32,216 nt of DNA from contig CAYIZY010000002.1 in the NCBI GenBank assembly GCA_964368235.1, forward strand, positions 1 through 32,216, in the 5' to 3' direction. This document shows, in pieces, positions 30,850-32,216 of this stretch. The first letter of the stretch is position 1, and each line of letters begins with the position of its first letter. Source of the stretch: an uncultured Candidatus Saccharibacteria bacterium (GTDB lineage Bacteria > Patescibacteriota > Minisyncoccia > UBA6257 > UBA11618). The notes under the pieces are model-generated. The model made no database searches and was not told the origin of the DNA. It worked only from the letters and a program-made list of their open reading frames with translations. Both the position numbers and the translations under genes were made by a program.

Positions 30850-30920
30850 TGGACCTAAGGAGAATCGGACTCCTGCCTCGCCCATGCCATGGGCGCGTAA
30901 TACCACTTTACTATAGGCCC
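30850..30920 (-). tRNA. tRNA-Ala (anticodon GGC), no encoded CCA, atypical T-loop
   Basis: The fold was read by hand: acceptor GGGCCTA/TAGGTCC with the Ala identity pair G3-U70, D-arm GTAA/TTAC, anticodon stem CGCCC/GGGCG with loop ATGGCAT, and T-arm AGGAG-TCCGATT-CTCCT. The T-loop has C where the near-universal U55 is expected. Confidence 0.75.
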
Positions 30921-30939
30921 AAAATCAATAAATTACATA

Positions 30940-30973
30940 ATAACAAAAAAGCGCAACCTTTTCCAGTTACGCT
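30940..30973 (-). terminator. rho-independent terminator of the 223-aa gene
   Basis: On the minus strand AGCGTAAC-TGGAAAAG-GTTGCGCT forms an 8-bp stem with one G-U, followed by TTTTTTGTTATT. Confidence 0.65.
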
Positions 30974-30976
30974 TAT

Positions 30977-31648
30977 TTAATTAAATACTTTTGTATAAAC
31001 AGTATTATAAATTTTAACTCTTAAACATTCTCTAGTTTTAGATATTTTCTTTTCCTTGTCTTCCCTGGTATATTCACCTCTTACTTTAAAAATTGATCCT
31101 GGTAATTTAGTTGGCCCAATATACCGCCCAACCCATCGCACCTCAATAATAAATTCTTCCTCTGCCAAAACTTTTCTTTTAAATTCTATAACTTGTTTCT
31201 CGTCAGAAAAAAAATAAAGATCAATTAATATTTCAGCCGCCCGTTTGTTTAAAAATCTTACCCTTTCTTCCGAACCCACTCTTTTCAACTCTCTTTTGGC
31301 AAAAAATCCTAGTTTTTTAATAAAATCTTCAACCTTCCTCAAATCCTTTTCATTTTCAAAAATTTTAATAGCGCCATCTCTAACGAGAAAATAGAAAAAT
31401 GAAATACTTACTTGGGCTAGAACATGCTGTTGTTGAATGCAAGTAATATAAGGCACTGGATATTTCGTATAACAATAATCTCGTCTTGGTACGCGCACGC
31501 GACATTTAATAGATTTATTTTCTGCCGAATAATCTAAAATTTCTAATATACACATACTCCATGCCTTATAAATTTTTCGCAAAATAAAAAGTGATTGCTG
31601 AGTTAAATCTTCAGGTAACTTCCAAGAAGTTCTTTTTGGTTTTCTCAC
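30977..31648 (-). CDS. hypothetical protein
   Basis: 223 aa with a GTG start 5 nt after SD GAGGAGG. It has no TM and no family recognisable by eye. Confidence 0.6.
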   Translation of the reverse strand: MRKPKRTSWKLPEDLTQQSLFILRKIYKAWSMCILEILDYSAENKSIKCRVRVPRRDYCYTKYPVPYITCIQQQHVLAQVSISFFYFLVRDGAIKIFENEKDLRKVEDFIKKLGFFAKRELKRVGSEERVRFLNKRAAEILIDLYFFSDEKQVIEFKRKVLAEEEFIIEVRWVGRYIGPTKLPGSIFKVRGEYTREDKEKKISKTRECLRVKIYNTVYTKVFN

Positions 31649-31664
31649 AAAAACCTCCTCTCAA

Positions 31665-31693
31665 TTGTTAAGATTCCTCTTTTAGGGTATAAT
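31665..31693 (+). promoter_or_regulatory. candidate promoter of the tRNA-Arg/tRNA-Ser pair
   Basis: TTGTTA (31665-31670) - 17 nt - TATAAT (31688-31693) lies about 20 nt upstream of tRNA-Arg. Confidence 0.5.
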
Positions 31694-31714
31694 ACTGCTA
31701 TAATTTTATAAAGA

Positions 31715-31786
31715 GCCCCTGTAATTCAACGGACAGAATAGTCCCGTCCTAAGGGAAAAATCCGAGTTCAATTCTTGGCGGGGGCA
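31715..31786 (+). tRNA. tRNA-Arg (anticodon CCU)
   Basis: The fold was read by hand: acceptor GCCCCTG/CGGGGGC (one G-U), D-arm ATTC/GAAT, anticodon stem GTCCC/GGGAA with loop GTCCTAA, T-arm CCGAG-TTCAATT-CTTGG, and discriminator A. Confidence 0.8.
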
Positions 31787-31802
31787 CAGGGAAAAATCCC
31801 AA

Positions 31803-31892
31803 GGTGGGGTGGCCGAGAGGTTTAAGGCGGCGCTCTCGAAAAGCGTTTGGGGAGAAATCTCCTCGTGAGTTCGAATCTCACCCCCACCGCCA
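31803..31892 (+). tRNA. tRNA-Ser (anticodon CGA), CCA encoded
   Basis: It is identical to the tRNA-Ser at 19650-19740 except for anticodon position 34 (loop CTCGAAA) and the variable arm. Confidence 0.93.
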
Positions 31893-31902
31893 ATTTTCAA
31901 AA

Positions 31903-32212
31903 TTAGGATTTTGGGCGATTGTTGCCTCGCCCCGCCAGTGTTTCTTCAAATTCTTGATATGTTGTTGTTATTTTTATTAACTTTACTGCCAATGGTAATA
32001 ATTTAAATCTTAAAATCTGTGATGGTCTTTCTCTTTCTGTGCGGGCATTTTTGAAAATAATATGATTAAATCCTTCAGCAGTAAAATGGACAAGTTCGCC
32101 ATTAAAGGCGGGGCAAGAAAATGTGGTAATTTTAAGTTCTAATATCGTTCACTACCTCCGCATTGCACAAGTTCACAAACATATGAGACTTTTCGGCAAA
32201 ACGAAAAGTCAT
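31903..32212 (-). pseudogene. possible frame-disrupted small gene
   Basis: ATG at 32212 opens MTFRFAEKSHMFVNLCNAEVVNDIRT, then TAA. One frame over, an 80-codon open frame continues (ILELKITTFSCPAFNGELVHFTAEGFNHIIFKNARTERERPSQILRFKLLPLAVKLIK...) to TAA at 31905-31903, with no ATG/GTG/TTG near its beginning. Confidence 0.25.
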
Positions 32213-32216
32213 GAAA

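Noticed and set aside
19741-31714. Prophage, integrative element or transposon genes in the accessory block
   Set aside because: No integrase, transposase, relaxase, capsid, terminase or terminal inverted repeats could be recognised in any frame. Mobility of the block remains inference only.
31706-31900. 64-aa minus-strand ORF
   Set aside because: It is entirely overlapped by tRNA-Arg(CCU) and tRNA-Ser(CGA) on the plus strand. It is the reverse-complement translation of tRNA sequence.

Overview
This is a low-GC bacterial window (roughly one third G+C by eye), almost fully coding and mostly on the minus strand. The gene content looks like a small-genome Patescibacteria/CPR-type organism, which is inference only. 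The supporting features are a short SecA with a Zn finger, an AspRS without the GAD insertion, an enlarged Ndk, ComEC, a sigma-region-4/HARE-HTH protein, a TM-less TraD/VirD4-like ATPase with a separate membrane partner, and a PilM-PilN fusion with pseudopilins. Positions 1-19.6 kb are core genes: a RelE/Phd toxin-antitoxin pair, secA-ndk-aspS, a split comEC, an orphan DUF2384-like gene, mnmA, efp, the ATPase module, secDF and a type IV pilus-like operon. Positions 19.65-31.9 kb are accessory and are bracketed by two nearly identical tRNA-Ser genes (UGA and CGA anticodons). This accessory stretch holds a deiodinase-like thioredoxin-fold gene with an in-frame TGA at the catalytic position (candidate selenoprotein) and a Bat-like MoxR/DUF58/vWA/TPR membrane cluster subdivided by intrinsic terminators. 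It also holds a divergent HtrA-type protease, a small zincin-motif protein, a 19-Cys secreted protein, a GC-rich insert of about 1 kb, and a tRNA-Arg/tRNA-Ser pair. The insert is bounded by perfect 31-bp direct repeats exactly 1,000 nt apart and lies next to tRNA-Ala. Several sequence-level oddities are not explained by genes. They are AT-rich palindromic elements in frame inside secA and mnmA, a 7-nt tandem repeat in mnmA, and a 14-bp inverted repeat straddling the secF stop. There is also a 47-nt repeat (palindrome plus DnaA-box 9-mer) present twice in opposite orientation, an orphan plus-strand terminator, and TGnTATAAT-N7-ATG leaderless-type starts. No rRNA, CRISPR array, transposase, integrase or phage gene was recognised. 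I cannot point to one unambiguous new system. The best candidates are ranked in the findings.
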